Assembly (NCBI GenBank): GCA_044347425.1
Contig: JBIKUS010000001.1
Coordinates: 1-54,566 of the forward strand
Length of the DNA stretch: 54,566 bases
Direction of reading: 5' to 3'
Source: Vampirovibrionales bacterium
GTDB taxonomy: Bacteria > Cyanobacteriota > Vampirovibrionia > Vampirovibrionales > JAJTHC01
In this document: positions 1 to 7,910 of the stretch, one piece after another
How the letters are laid out: every line of letters begins with the position of its first letter
Position numbering within the stretch: position 1 is the first letter of the stretch
Position numbers and translations under genes: made by a program
Notes under the pieces: model-generated
Database searches by the model: none
What the model was told of the DNA's origin: nothing
The model's input: only the letters and a program-made list of their open reading frames with translations

Positions 1-68
1 ACTAGCTTTTTGCGGTCTTCAAGCTGTTCCGCTTTGGTCTTAATTGGCTTGCCTTTTGTGTTGTTCAT
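1..68 (-). CDS. possible 5' end of a leftward gene that runs off the window (MNNTKGKPIKTKAEQLEDRKKL...)
   Basis: ATG at 68-66 (minus) opens a frame that stays open to position 1. No clear SD. Too short for the ORF track. Confidence 0.25.
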   Translation of the reverse strand, partial: MNNTKGKPIKTKAEQLEDRKKL

Positions 69-214
69 TCAACCATTGTAACACAAAACCTTAGTATTCA
101 AATAGTTTAATTTGTCGGAGGTATAAGTTAAGAATATATGTTAACAGCAGTTAGTTACATAATTACTGCCTTGAGATGTACATTTCTGATGTTAGGTTAG
201 GGCTAAAGTTGCTA

Positions 215-242
215 ACTTGCCATTGCAAGTCACTTGCAAGTG
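215..242. promoter_or_regulatory. candidate operator: adjacent palindromes ACTTGC-CATT-GCAAGT and CACTTGCAAGTG upstream of the encapsulin operon
   Basis: Read directly from the sequence. The second is a perfect 12-bp palindrome. A TATACT -10-like hexamer follows at 272-277. Confidence 0.3.
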
Positions 243-325
243 CAGTAAGTAGCATCTTAGTACGCTTAGGCTATACTGGTAAAAGTTGTGCCACACCACT
301 TGCTTAGCCTACGAGATAAACCACC

Positions 326-652
326 ATGCCCACGCCTCAAGCCGATTTACTCACCCACCTAGATGCCCTGACCGCTAAGGTAGAAGGCTTTAGAGAACAC
401 CTTGAAATTGCCAAAAACTTTAGTGACGACAGCCGAGTCACCGCCTTTATCGCTCACACGCTTGACGAAGAAGCCGAACGCCTGACGAAACTGGCCGAAA
501 TTCGGCAGCAGCTTAGCCGCCAGCAACCTGTTGGGCTAGCCTCGTCGCCTGTGGCAGAAGCACACCATGCGGTTGACTTGCCCGACAATGGCCACTACAA
601 GCTTCGTGACCAACGTGAGCTTACCGTAGGCAGTTTGCTCAACGTCCAATAA
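326..652 (+). CDS. encapsulin cargo protein, EncFtn-like (encapsulated ferritin-like) with C-terminal targeting peptide
   Basis: C-terminus RELTVGSLLNVQ matches the family-1 cargo-loading motif (LTVGSL). AFIAHTLDEEAERL resembles the EncFtn helix motif. It lies 36 nt upstream of the shell gene. Confidence 0.75.
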   Translation: MPTPQADLLTHLDALTAKVEGFREHLEIAKNFSDDSRVTAFIAHTLDEEAERLTKLAEIRQQLSRQQPVGLASSPVAEAHHAVDLPDNGHYKLRDQRELTVGSLLNVQ

Positions 653-688
653 CCTTTACCCCCTAGCCTTACTTAAAGGACACTTACC

Positions 689-1546
689 ATGCTGGATTTT
701 TTAAGCCACAACGAAGCCCCCATTAGCGACAAACAATGGGACGAAATTGACCAAACCGTCGTCTCGATTGCCCGTAGGCAACTCATTGGTCGCCGTTTTA
801 TTAGCATTTACGGCCCCTTGGGTGCTGGCCAACAATTTGTGACCCTAGACCGTTTTGAAGGCAACTTAGATAGCTATATGGACGTGTTGGGCGAAGATGC
901 CAACAACGCCCCCGTAAGCTCCACCCAACGCATGAACGTGCAGATACCCCTTATTTACAAGGATTTCATTCTCTATTGGCGAGATATTGAATCAAGCCGA
1001 AAGTTTGACACCCCCCTTGATTTGTCGCCTGCTGCCGTGGCCGCTAGCGTGGTAGCCCGTGCCGAAGATGAGATGATTTTTAACGGCTACAACGATTCGC
1101 ATACAGGGCAGCACATACCTGGCCTACTCACCATTGACGGCAAGCTGACCCTACCCAAAGGCCAATGGGACGAAGAAGGCGGTATATTTATGGACGTGAT
1201 TCGGGCAACCGAAGCACTAACCGCTGCTGGGTTTTACGCACCATACGCCTTGGTGGCTCCGCCCAAGTTGTATTCAACCATGCACCGCTACGTACGTAAC
1301 AGTGGCAGCATGGAGATTGACCACATTCGCCAGATTGTGACCAACGGTGTGCTGTTTAGCAGCGTGATACCTGACAATCAGCTACTGGTGGCCTCTACGG
1401 GGATGCAGAACTTTGACTTGGCGATAGCCCAAGACTTTAAAACAGGCTACCTAGGGGCGCAAAACCTTAACCATCCCTTTAGGGTGTTTGAGACGGCCGT
1501 GCTGCGTATTAAACGCCCAGGCTCGTTGTGTATTTTACAGGGGTAA
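689..1546 (+). CDS. family-1 encapsulin nanocompartment shell protein (linocin M18-like, HK97 fold)
   Basis: N-terminus LSHNEAPISDKQWDEIDQTVVSIARRQLIGRRFISIYGPLG is the typical encapsulin opening. 285 aa. AAAGGA SD upstream. Confidence 0.9.
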   Translation: MLDFLSHNEAPISDKQWDEIDQTVVSIARRQLIGRRFISIYGPLGAGQQFVTLDRFEGNLDSYMDVLGEDANNAPVSSTQRMNVQIPLIYKDFILYWRDIESSRKFDTPLDLSPAAVAASVVARAEDEMIFNGYNDSHTGQHIPGLLTIDGKLTLPKGQWDEEGGIFMDVIRATEALTAAGFYAPYALVAPPKLYSTMHRYVRNSGSMEIDHIRQIVTNGVLFSSVIPDNQLLVASTGMQNFDLAIAQDFKTGYLGAQNLNHPFRVFETAVLRIKRPGSLCILQG

Positions 1547-1547
1547 A

Positions 1548-2561
1548 CTAATTTTGCGCTACTTCTGCGGCCTCTAAAGCAGCTTCAAGGTTTAATTGGC
1601 CAGCCCCTTCATCCTCATATGCGATGGTGGGGCTGTCTGTTGCTGTTTGATTCAGAATGTCTAGCCTTTGGGTCATGTTAAGTGCTGGGTTCTGTGCTTG
1701 AAGGAGTGCGAGCGAGGCGGCAACACGAGGTGCCGCAAATGAGGTTCCTTGGGTACCTTTTACGGTGCCATCAGCAGTTAGGATGCTTGCCTGTGTGTTT
1801 TCGGTCACTTGCGAGGAGTAGTGAGCCACCTCTTGTGTGGGCGTATGTGCGGCAACACCAATGACATGAGAACTTACTTGCAGGTACCTGTTGAACCTTG
1901 CTTCTTGGTCAATGCTTGAGAATAAGGACATGACGGCACGGTCGTTGCCTGTGGTGGTTACCACGGCAACATCGTTTTGGTAGGCGGCTTCAACGGCTTG
2001 GGCAAACTGAGCTTCGGCTGCTTCGTCGGCTGTGGTGCCTTCAAGTATTGCGGCCATATAGTCTTGTACGGCAATGGTATCGGTTCTGGTGTCAGCCCAA
2101 GCATCGCCTAGTACGGTTTGCCGTAATAAGGGGTACTGCCAAGTGTTATCACTGTTTTTTTGGCTTAGTAGTTTTTGCAAATCTTGTATGGCCCATAGCT
2201 CTCTGTAGCCAGATGAGATGTTAATAACGTCGTACCCTTGTTCGGTTAAGTCGGTTATGGCCGTGGCCGCACCCGTAAACCCTGAGGTATAGGTATTGAT
2301 AATGTAGTTGTTTAACTCGTCAACCGTATCGGCCAACTGTGTCTTTTCATCGGGGGCAAAATAGCCGCCACTTTCAGCGGGCATAAACGCCATAAAATCA
2401 ACAATATCCACATCTATAGGGCTAGCAGAGGTGTTTACCATTGATAGTGCGGCACCTTGCACTTGTTGTGCATGGTTACCAAAAGCAGGAATAATAGGCT
2501 CTAATATAGCAACCTTGGGTGGTGTTGTTAAAGTGGTTGGTGTTAAGCCAGTGGTTGGCAT
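1548..2561 (-). CDS. subtilisin-like (S8) peptidase homologue with an atypical Asp/His region
   Basis: GTSFAAP Ser motif, VVTTTGND oxyanion-Asn region and INISSG. Start chosen at the ATG 6 nt after AAGGAG (2561). The track ORF extends to 2591. Confidence 0.6.
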   Translation of the reverse strand: MPTTGLTPTTLTTPPKVAILEPIIPAFGNHAQQVQGAALSMVNTSASPIDVDIVDFMAFMPAESGGYFAPDEKTQLADTVDELNNYIINTYTSGFTGAATAITDLTEQGYDVINISSGYRELWAIQDLQKLLSQKNSDNTWQYPLLRQTVLGDAWADTRTDTIAVQDYMAAILEGTTADEAAEAQFAQAVEAAYQNDVAVVTTTGNDRAVMSLFSSIDQEARFNRYLQVSSHVIGVAAHTPTQEVAHYSSQVTENTQASILTADGTVKGTQGTSFAAPRVAASLALLQAQNPALNMTQRLDILNQTATDSPTIAYEDEGAGQLNLEAALEAAEVAQN

Positions 2562-2688
2562 AGGTAGCTCCTTCATCATTTCTATCATCATACAAACGCA
2601 TCTTTAAAAAATAAAAACAGTTTTTAGTTAAAGATGACTCAATTAAGTCGTTTGTATCAAGAGTGTTACTTTGTTATAAACTTGCAGC

Positions 2689-4200
2689 ATGTTAACTCCG
2701 CTTGATTCTAGCCTTACCTTAATGCCACCTGTGGGATGGCTTGGCTTGTTGGCGGGGTATTTTGCCCTTGTGGTGTGGCTTACCCTAGGCCTTAAGCCCC
2801 CTAAAGCCGCCGAAACTGCCGAACAAACCCTTAACCACTACTATCTAGCCCAACGCACGCTGAGTGCATGGCCTATTGCCCTTAGTTTTGCTGCCACGTG
2901 GTTTGCAGCAGGTTCTACCCTAGGCATGATGGACGCTTACCGAGAACAAGGGTGGGCAGCCTTGTGGTGGTTACCCTTGCCCTCGTTGCTGTCGTTGTTG
3001 ATTACGGCTGGGCTTTTAAGTAAGCGAGTAAAACAATGCGGTTACCCCACCATGCCCACCGCCGTCAACTTATGTTACGGACGCTCGGCTAAAGTGGCCT
3101 TAATGCTGGTATTGCTCTTGGGTAACACCACGGCCATTGCTGCCCAACTGATTGCAGTAGGTACGTTGTTTAGCCCGCTGTTGGGTTGGCCGTTTGTACC
3201 CAGTTTTTTGGTGGTGTTACTGCCTGTGGTAGCGTACTGCTGTTATGGCGGTTATAAGGCCGTCGTATTAACGGATAAGTTTCAGTTGTACCTGTTGGCG
3301 TTTGCCTTAGCCCTGTTGGTGGGCAACAGTGGCCTCTCGTTGTTTAGCCCTGAGCAGGTAGGGCAGCCTTTGGCTAATCGCTTAAATTTTAGTGCCTTAT
3401 GGCAAACCCTTGCCCACGGCGCACAAGCCAGCGAGGCAGGGCTAAGTGGCCTAAAAGCATGGCTAGCGGCGGGTATTATGGGGCTATCGTGGAGCCTGTC
3501 GCCTGAGATGTGGCAGAGGATGGTATCGGCCAAAACGCCCCAAGTCGCGCAACGCTCGGCATGGTTAGCTGCTGGTATGATTGGCCTACTGAGCCTGATG
3601 GTGGGTTTGGCAGTGCTGTTGGCGTGGCCGATGCTGTTACCCAAGGCGCAAGCGGGTGCGCCCGTGTTGTTTCAATTAGCTAGCTTTTTACCTGTGCCTT
3701 TGGCCGCTTTGGTAATGGCTGGGTTTTTGGCCGCCGTCACTTCCACGCTGGATTCTATTTTAAGTGTGGGCAGCCAAACGCTCACCATGGACGCTTTTGC
3801 CACGCTTTACCCCAAGGCCAGCGGAGCAACGTTACAGCGGGTGGGCATCCTCACGACGTTACTACTCCCCCTGCCTGCCGTGGCTATTGCGTGGCACTTT
3901 AGGGATATTTTAAGTGTGCTATGGCTAGCTACCGACGTGTACGCCTGCACCCTGTTGGTACCCTTAGCCATGGTGTTGTTAGCCCACCCAGCCAAGCCCC
4001 ACCGTTTAGGCGGACGCTTGGCCATGTTAGCAGGCGGAGCCGTAGGTATCACCCTACTGCTACAAAAATTAGGCGGAGCCACGCTGCCTATGCCAGGCTG
4101 GGTAACGCTGTGTGGCGTGTTGGCCAGTGCGGTGGGCTACGCCATTGGGGTTGCCCTTAGCCCCCAGCAAACAAACTCGCAATTGACAAAGCAGAACTAA
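2689..4200 (+). CDS. sodium:solute symporter family (SSS) transporter
   Basis: Polytopic membrane protein. YYLAQRTLSAWPIALSFAATWFAAGSTLG resembles the SSS N-terminal signature. Confidence 0.7.
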   Translation: MLTPLDSSLTLMPPVGWLGLLAGYFALVVWLTLGLKPPKAAETAEQTLNHYYLAQRTLSAWPIALSFAATWFAAGSTLGMMDAYREQGWAALWWLPLPSLLSLLITAGLLSKRVKQCGYPTMPTAVNLCYGRSAKVALMLVLLLGNTTAIAAQLIAVGTLFSPLLGWPFVPSFLVVLLPVVAYCCYGGYKAVVLTDKFQLYLLAFALALLVGNSGLSLFSPEQVGQPLANRLNFSALWQTLAHGAQASEAGLSGLKAWLAAGIMGLSWSLSPEMWQRMVSAKTPQVAQRSAWLAAGMIGLLSLMVGLAVLLAWPMLLPKAQAGAPVLFQLASFLPVPLAALVMAGFLAAVTSTLDSILSVGSQTLTMDAFATLYPKASGATLQRVGILTTLLLPLPAVAIAWHFRDILSVLWLATDVYACTLLVPLAMVLLAHPAKPHRLGGRLAMLAGGAVGITLLLQKLGGATLPMPGWVTLCGVLASAVGYAIGVALSPQQTNSQLTKQN

Positions 4201-4939
4201 ATAAATCGTCTGTTTGCCGATTACGGTTGTTACGTAGAGCTTGGGTGCGGCTGTCTAGCAGTTGTTGCCGACGCAAGGCCGTATTTTGCCTCAGTTCGTC
4301 AAGGGCTAAGGCACGGTTGGCCACTTGGTTACGGTCTGATTGTAGCAAGCTAAGCCCTTGCAGGCTGGCCGTTGTACCTGTGGCGTTGAGGCCATCTAAC
4401 ACGCTGGTCAGTAGGCCAAGGCGTTGTTGGCGCATCGCATCCTGTTGGGCAAGGCGGTCTTGGGCAGCCTCGGTGGTGGCTAAACGGGCTTGTTGCAGGT
4501 TGGCTAAGCGTGCAGCCTCTTGCCGTGCCAACAAATCGGTACCAAAGGTGGCGTTAAGGCTACCCCCAAAGCGTTGAGCATTTTGGCTTTCAAGCTGGCT
4601 GCGTTGCTGTTGCGCTTCGTCGTTTATGGTTAAGGCCAGTTGCTCAAACTGTTGATTGGCGAGGGCTTCGGCTTGTTGAACGAGGGCTTGGGGTGTAACG
4701 TTTAATTCGCCGAGGGTTTGTTGGGTGTTAAGCAGTAGCTGGTTGGCCACGGCTTGGTTACCCGCCCCCAGTTGTGTGCTGGTGGTAAGGGTATTACCCT
4801 GTTGCCGAGTACGAGTAGTATCGCCCAGGGGCGAGCGTAGCGTGAGGCTGCCCAAGGCCGAGGGTTGCGGGGTAAGCCGTGGTGCGGTAGGCAGCGGCTG
4901 CGGGGAAGGATCATTGCGTCGGGGTCGGCCAAACGTCAT
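4157..4939 (-). CDS. hypothetical Gln-rich coiled-coil protein at the end of the flagellar block
   Basis: Long ORF. ATG at 4939 is preceded by AGGAG 8 nt upstream. Its 3' end overlaps the convergent symporter by 44 nt. Confidence 0.5.
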   Translation of the reverse strand: MTFGRPRRNDPSPQPLPTAPRLTPQPSALGSLTLRSPLGDTTRTRQQGNTLTTSTQLGAGNQAVANQLLLNTQQTLGELNVTPQALVQQAEALANQQFEQLALTINDEAQQQRSQLESQNAQRFGGSLNATFGTDLLARQEAARLANLQQARLATTEAAQDRLAQQDAMRQQRLGLLTSVLDGLNATGTTASLQGLSLLQSDRNQVANRALALDELRQNTALRRQQLLDSRTQALRNNRNRQTDDLFSSALSIASLFAGG

Positions 4940-5096
4940 GAGGTGGTCTCCTGTAGGGTGTATGCGGTTGTGATAGCTCACTTAAGGAGTCATCTCCACC
5001 ATAAGCTACTACCTTAAGTATAGTTTATCTCAACTTAAAAGCATAGCGAAGGAGATTTACGATTTAGCAAGTTTTAAGCCACTAAGGGCTAAAAAA

Positions 5097-5180
5097 TGGT
5101 GTCGAGAGCGGGACTTGAACCCGCACAGATTGCTCCACACGCCCCTCAAACGTGCGCGTCTACCATTCCGCCATCCCGAC
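5097..5180 (-). tRNA. tRNA-Leu (anticodon GAG), CCA encoded
   Basis: Hand-folded cloverleaf: acceptor GTCGGGA/TCTCGAC, anticodon stem CACGT/GCGTG with loop TTGAGGG, long variable arm, T-arm GCGGG-TTCAAGT-CCCGC. Confidence 0.9.
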
Positions 5181-5243
5181 ACACTCGAGACTGTTGCTAC
5201 TATAGGGTAAAGGGGGCAGGCAAGTCAATTATACCAGCAGCAG

Positions 5244-6188
5244 CTATAAGTAAGTGAGTAATGAGGGCGTAATCACTCGGCCAATGACACCCATGCTGGT
5301 TTGCGTTACTTGCTCTTGCAAGCGTAAGTCGCTAATCAGTTCGGCGAGGTCAATCTCTTGCAAATCGCTGTATTGTTGCGAGAGTACCGTGTTGCGGCTT
5401 TCAAGGCGGTTATACGTTAGCTCTAAACGGTTGTTGATACTGCCCAAACGGGCTTGAGCATTTAGCACCGTTGATTGGTCTTGGGTCAACGTATCCATGT
5501 GCGAGCGTAAGGCGGCTTTGTCGCCGCCTACCATGGCTTGTTTCATTAGCATCATGGTGTGTATTAAGCCACTCCCCCCCGTCACGGCAGGAGGCGTGCC
5601 TGCACTGGTGACGCTACCAAAAATTTCGTCGCCCGTTAGGTTAACGGCCACGGTTTGCCCTGGGCCAACCTCTAACGCACGCTCGTTATTTTCAGAGGTG
5701 AGGTTGCCCGTGTAGCCCACCGTATCGCCCGTGCGCTCAAACGGCGGCTGAGCGGTACGCATCCCCCCAAATAGGTAACGTCCCCCTAGGTTGCTGTTGC
5801 CCAACTGTACCAGTTGCGTGGTCAGTAGGTCAAACTCCGTGGCAATGGCCTGCATATTGTCTGCACTGGTGGTAAACGTGGAGGCTTGCGTGCTAAGCTC
5901 CATCGCTCGGTTAATCAATTCGGTGGCTTGGTCCAACGCCGTAATAGACGATTGCAATTCGGACAGCCCCGAGGAGATGTTTTTAAGGAATTGTTCATCT
6001 TGCTTAAGGGTTTGCGTTATTTGCAACAATTGCGTGGTGCTAAGGGGGTTATCAGACGGGCGATTGATTTTTTTACCCGACGACACAATGTTTTGCAGTT
6101 GCGTTAGCCTGCTTTGGTTGGTTTGTAGCAAGCGATTGGCTTGGTTGGTCATGGTGTTGGTGGCAACACGGTTGACGGCGTTTGTCAT
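5244..6188 (-). CDS. flgL: flagellar hook-associated protein 3 (hook-filament junction)
   Basis: Flagellin-type N-terminus with SSGKKINRPSDNPL. Sits immediately downstream of flgK. Confidence 0.85.
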   Translation of the reverse strand: MTNAVNRVATNTMTNQANRLLQTNQSRLTQLQNIVSSGKKINRPSDNPLSTTQLLQITQTLKQDEQFLKNISSGLSELQSSITALDQATELINRAMELSTQASTFTTSADNMQAIATEFDLLTTQLVQLGNSNLGGRYLFGGMRTAQPPFERTGDTVGYTGNLTSENNERALEVGPGQTVAVNLTGDEIFGSVTSAGTPPAVTGGSGLIHTMMLMKQAMVGGDKAALRSHMDTLTQDQSTVLNAQARLGSINNRLELTYNRLESRNTVLSQQYSDLQEIDLAELISDLRLQEQVTQTSMGVIGRVITPSLLTYL

Positions 6189-6223
6189 GGTGGGTGCTAT
6201 CCTTTAGTTCCGTTGATGGGTTG

Positions 6224-6255
6224 CCCTCACCCTGCCCTCTGCCCGAGGGAGAGGG
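6224..6255. repeat. REP-like GC hairpin element (inverted orientation) between flgK and flgL
   Basis: CCCTCACCCTGCCCTCTGCCCGAGGGAGAGGG. CCCTCT/AGAGGG arms form a hairpin. Same family as 7837, 11061, 11121 and 18733. Confidence 0.6.
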
Positions 6256-6266
6256 TAAAAGGGGCG

Positions 6267-7787
6267 TTATACCATGTTGATAATGGTGCGATACATTTCG
6301 TCGAGCGATTTAATCACCTTTGAGGCCGCCTCGTACATGCGTTGGTAGCGCATCAGGTCAATGGCTTCTTCGTCCATATTCACGCCCGACACACTGCTAC
6401 GGCGAGCATCCAACTCGTCTAACAAATTGGTTTGGTTGGTGGCTCTGTCTTGGTACGATCGGGCATTCGTCCCCAGGCGTGCCACCACGGTTTGATGAAA
6501 CTGCTCAAAGCTCTGGTTGTTAATACCCGCCATAGCGGTGTAGCGCAAGCCTGCCATGGCCAAGGCGTTACGATTGTCGCCACCACCGCTAAAGCCACCT
6601 GTGACGCTACTGTCGTTAGCGGCTAAGGCCAAGCGTTGCGGAGCATCCACCAAGTTGGGGTTAAGCTCCATGTGTAACAGGGTAGGCCCCGTACCAGGGT
6701 ACGAGCTTTTAAGGCTAAAGATGGTAGAGGCGGCGCCAGTGTTGTGCAGGTTGCCGTCCAAGTCTCGGCCGCTGGCTTGTAGGGTGTTAAACGATGAGGT
6801 AAGACTGCTAAACAGGGCGTTAATATCGTCAAACACCGCCATGACAGATTTAACCGTGGGGTTGTTGCCCGCAATATCCAAAATGCCCTTTAGCTGGCCA
6901 CTGGTAATGGTGTCAGTAATATCCACGGCACTGTTGCTGGTGGTAAGGCGTGCAGGTACACCAGCGGCGTTAGCCTCGGTGCTGACCGTAAGTGTTAGCT
7001 CGTTGAGTAGGAGTTTGCCCCGCACCAGCTCTTGTCCGCCCAACGACACCCGAACGAGGTTGTTGGGCAAATCTTCCACAATAATATCGGCCGAGAGCGA
7101 GAGTTCTTCGAGCAATTGGGCGCGACGGTCCAGCAAATCGTTAGGGCTACCTGCCGATGCGGTAACAGCGCTAATGTTGTTGTTTAAATCGGCCAGGTTC
7201 TGGAGTTTGGTGTTAAAGTCGGCCACGGCAATGCCCAACTGGCTGGCGTTAAGGGTATCTTGCTGGCCTTGCACCCCTACCAAGTTGCCGTGTAGCTGTA
7301 GCAGTTGTCGCCCCTGCTGCTGAAAGAGGTACATCATATCGTTGGCTTGTTGCAAAAACGCCGAGCGTGAGGCGAGATTTTCGGGTTGGTTGGCCATGTC
7401 TTGCACAGCATCAAACAACTGCTGAATACTGGTAGCTAGCCCCTGATCGCTGGGTTCGCCCACAATGTCTTCAACCTGAGTCATGGTTTTGTTGACGAAT
7501 TCAAACTCGCCCGCTTTACTTTGTTCGTAGCGAAACTGATTGTCTAAAAAGCCGTCTCGTACTCGGCTCACCGCATCTAGCTGTACGCCTTGGCCAAACT
7601 GGTAAATCAAGCCCGACGCTGGCGCAGGGGGCTGGTAAGGATCGGCCTGCGACAACTCAAGCCGTTGCTTGGTGTAGCCCGCCGTATTGGCGTTAGCAAT
7701 GTTGTGGTTCACCACAGTCATACCCGCTTGGGCGGCCATAAGGCTACGCTGGGCAGTATGCAACCCCATAAAACTGGGCATATACAT
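6267..7787 (-). CDS. flgK: flagellar hook-associated protein 1
   Basis: MPSFMGLHTAQRSLMAAQAGMTVVNHNIANANTAGYTKQ is the canonical FlgK N-terminus. C-terminal MDEEAIDLMRYQRMYEAASKV motif present. Confidence 0.9.
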   Translation of the reverse strand: MYMPSFMGLHTAQRSLMAAQAGMTVVNHNIANANTAGYTKQRLELSQADPYQPPAPASGLIYQFGQGVQLDAVSRVRDGFLDNQFRYEQSKAGEFEFVNKTMTQVEDIVGEPSDQGLATSIQQLFDAVQDMANQPENLASRSAFLQQANDMMYLFQQQGRQLLQLHGNLVGVQGQQDTLNASQLGIAVADFNTKLQNLADLNNNISAVTASAGSPNDLLDRRAQLLEELSLSADIIVEDLPNNLVRVSLGGQELVRGKLLLNELTLTVSTEANAAGVPARLTTSNSAVDITDTITSGQLKGILDIAGNNPTVKSVMAVFDDINALFSSLTSSFNTLQASGRDLDGNLHNTGAASTIFSLKSSYPGTGPTLLHMELNPNLVDAPQRLALAANDSSVTGGFSGGGDNRNALAMAGLRYTAMAGINNQSFEQFHQTVVARLGTNARSYQDRATNQTNLLDELDARRSSVSGVNMDEEAIDLMRYQRMYEAASKVIKSLDEMYRTIINMV

Positions 7788-7790
7788 GGG

Positions 7791-7832
7791 CTAACTCTCT
7801 CTCTTGATAACTCTCTTGATAACTCTCTTGAT
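7791..7832. repeat. about 3.5 tandem copies of a 12-mer (CTCTCTTGATAA) in the flgK 5' region
   Basis: Perfect units at 7799-7810 and 7811-7822, partial units on both sides. Starts 4 nt from the flgK ATG. Confidence 0.85.
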
Positions 7833-7836
7833 CGTC

Positions 7837-7904
7837 ACACCCTCTCCCTCTGGGAGAAAGTCCCCTCTTTCCCTCTCCCTCTGGGAGAGGGTAGGGTGAG
7901 GGTC
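7837..7904. repeat. REP-like GC hairpin element (one degenerate plus one full copy) between flgN and flgK
   Basis: CCCTCTCCCTCTGGGAGAGGGTAGGGTGAGGGTC at 7871-7904, preceded by the degenerate copy CACCCTCTCCCTCTGGGAGAAAG. Confidence 0.6.
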
Positions 7905-7910
7905 ATAAAA

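Noticed and set aside
4157-4200. Convergent gene overlaps or near-abutments: 4157-4200 symporter vs Gln-rich ORF, 1546/1548 encapsulin vs S8, 35064-35067, and 54020-54023. Considered as signs of mis-called ORFs.
   Set aside because: In each case both partners have independent motif or RBS support, except the Gln-rich ORF, whose true stop is fixed by the frame. Short convergent overlaps are common in compact genomes, so no anomaly is claimed.
6556-7323. 255-aa plus-strand ORF inside flgK. Similar long antisense ORFs lie at 17272-17958 (clpC), 18766-19500 (pyrC), 20882-21577 (antiporter), 32655-33359, 35922-36527, 42566-42994 and 51001-51534
   Set aside because: All lie antisense to genes with unambiguous conserved motifs. 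Their translations are Cys/Trp/Arg/Ser-rich with no motifs, typical shadow ORFs of GC-rich DNA.
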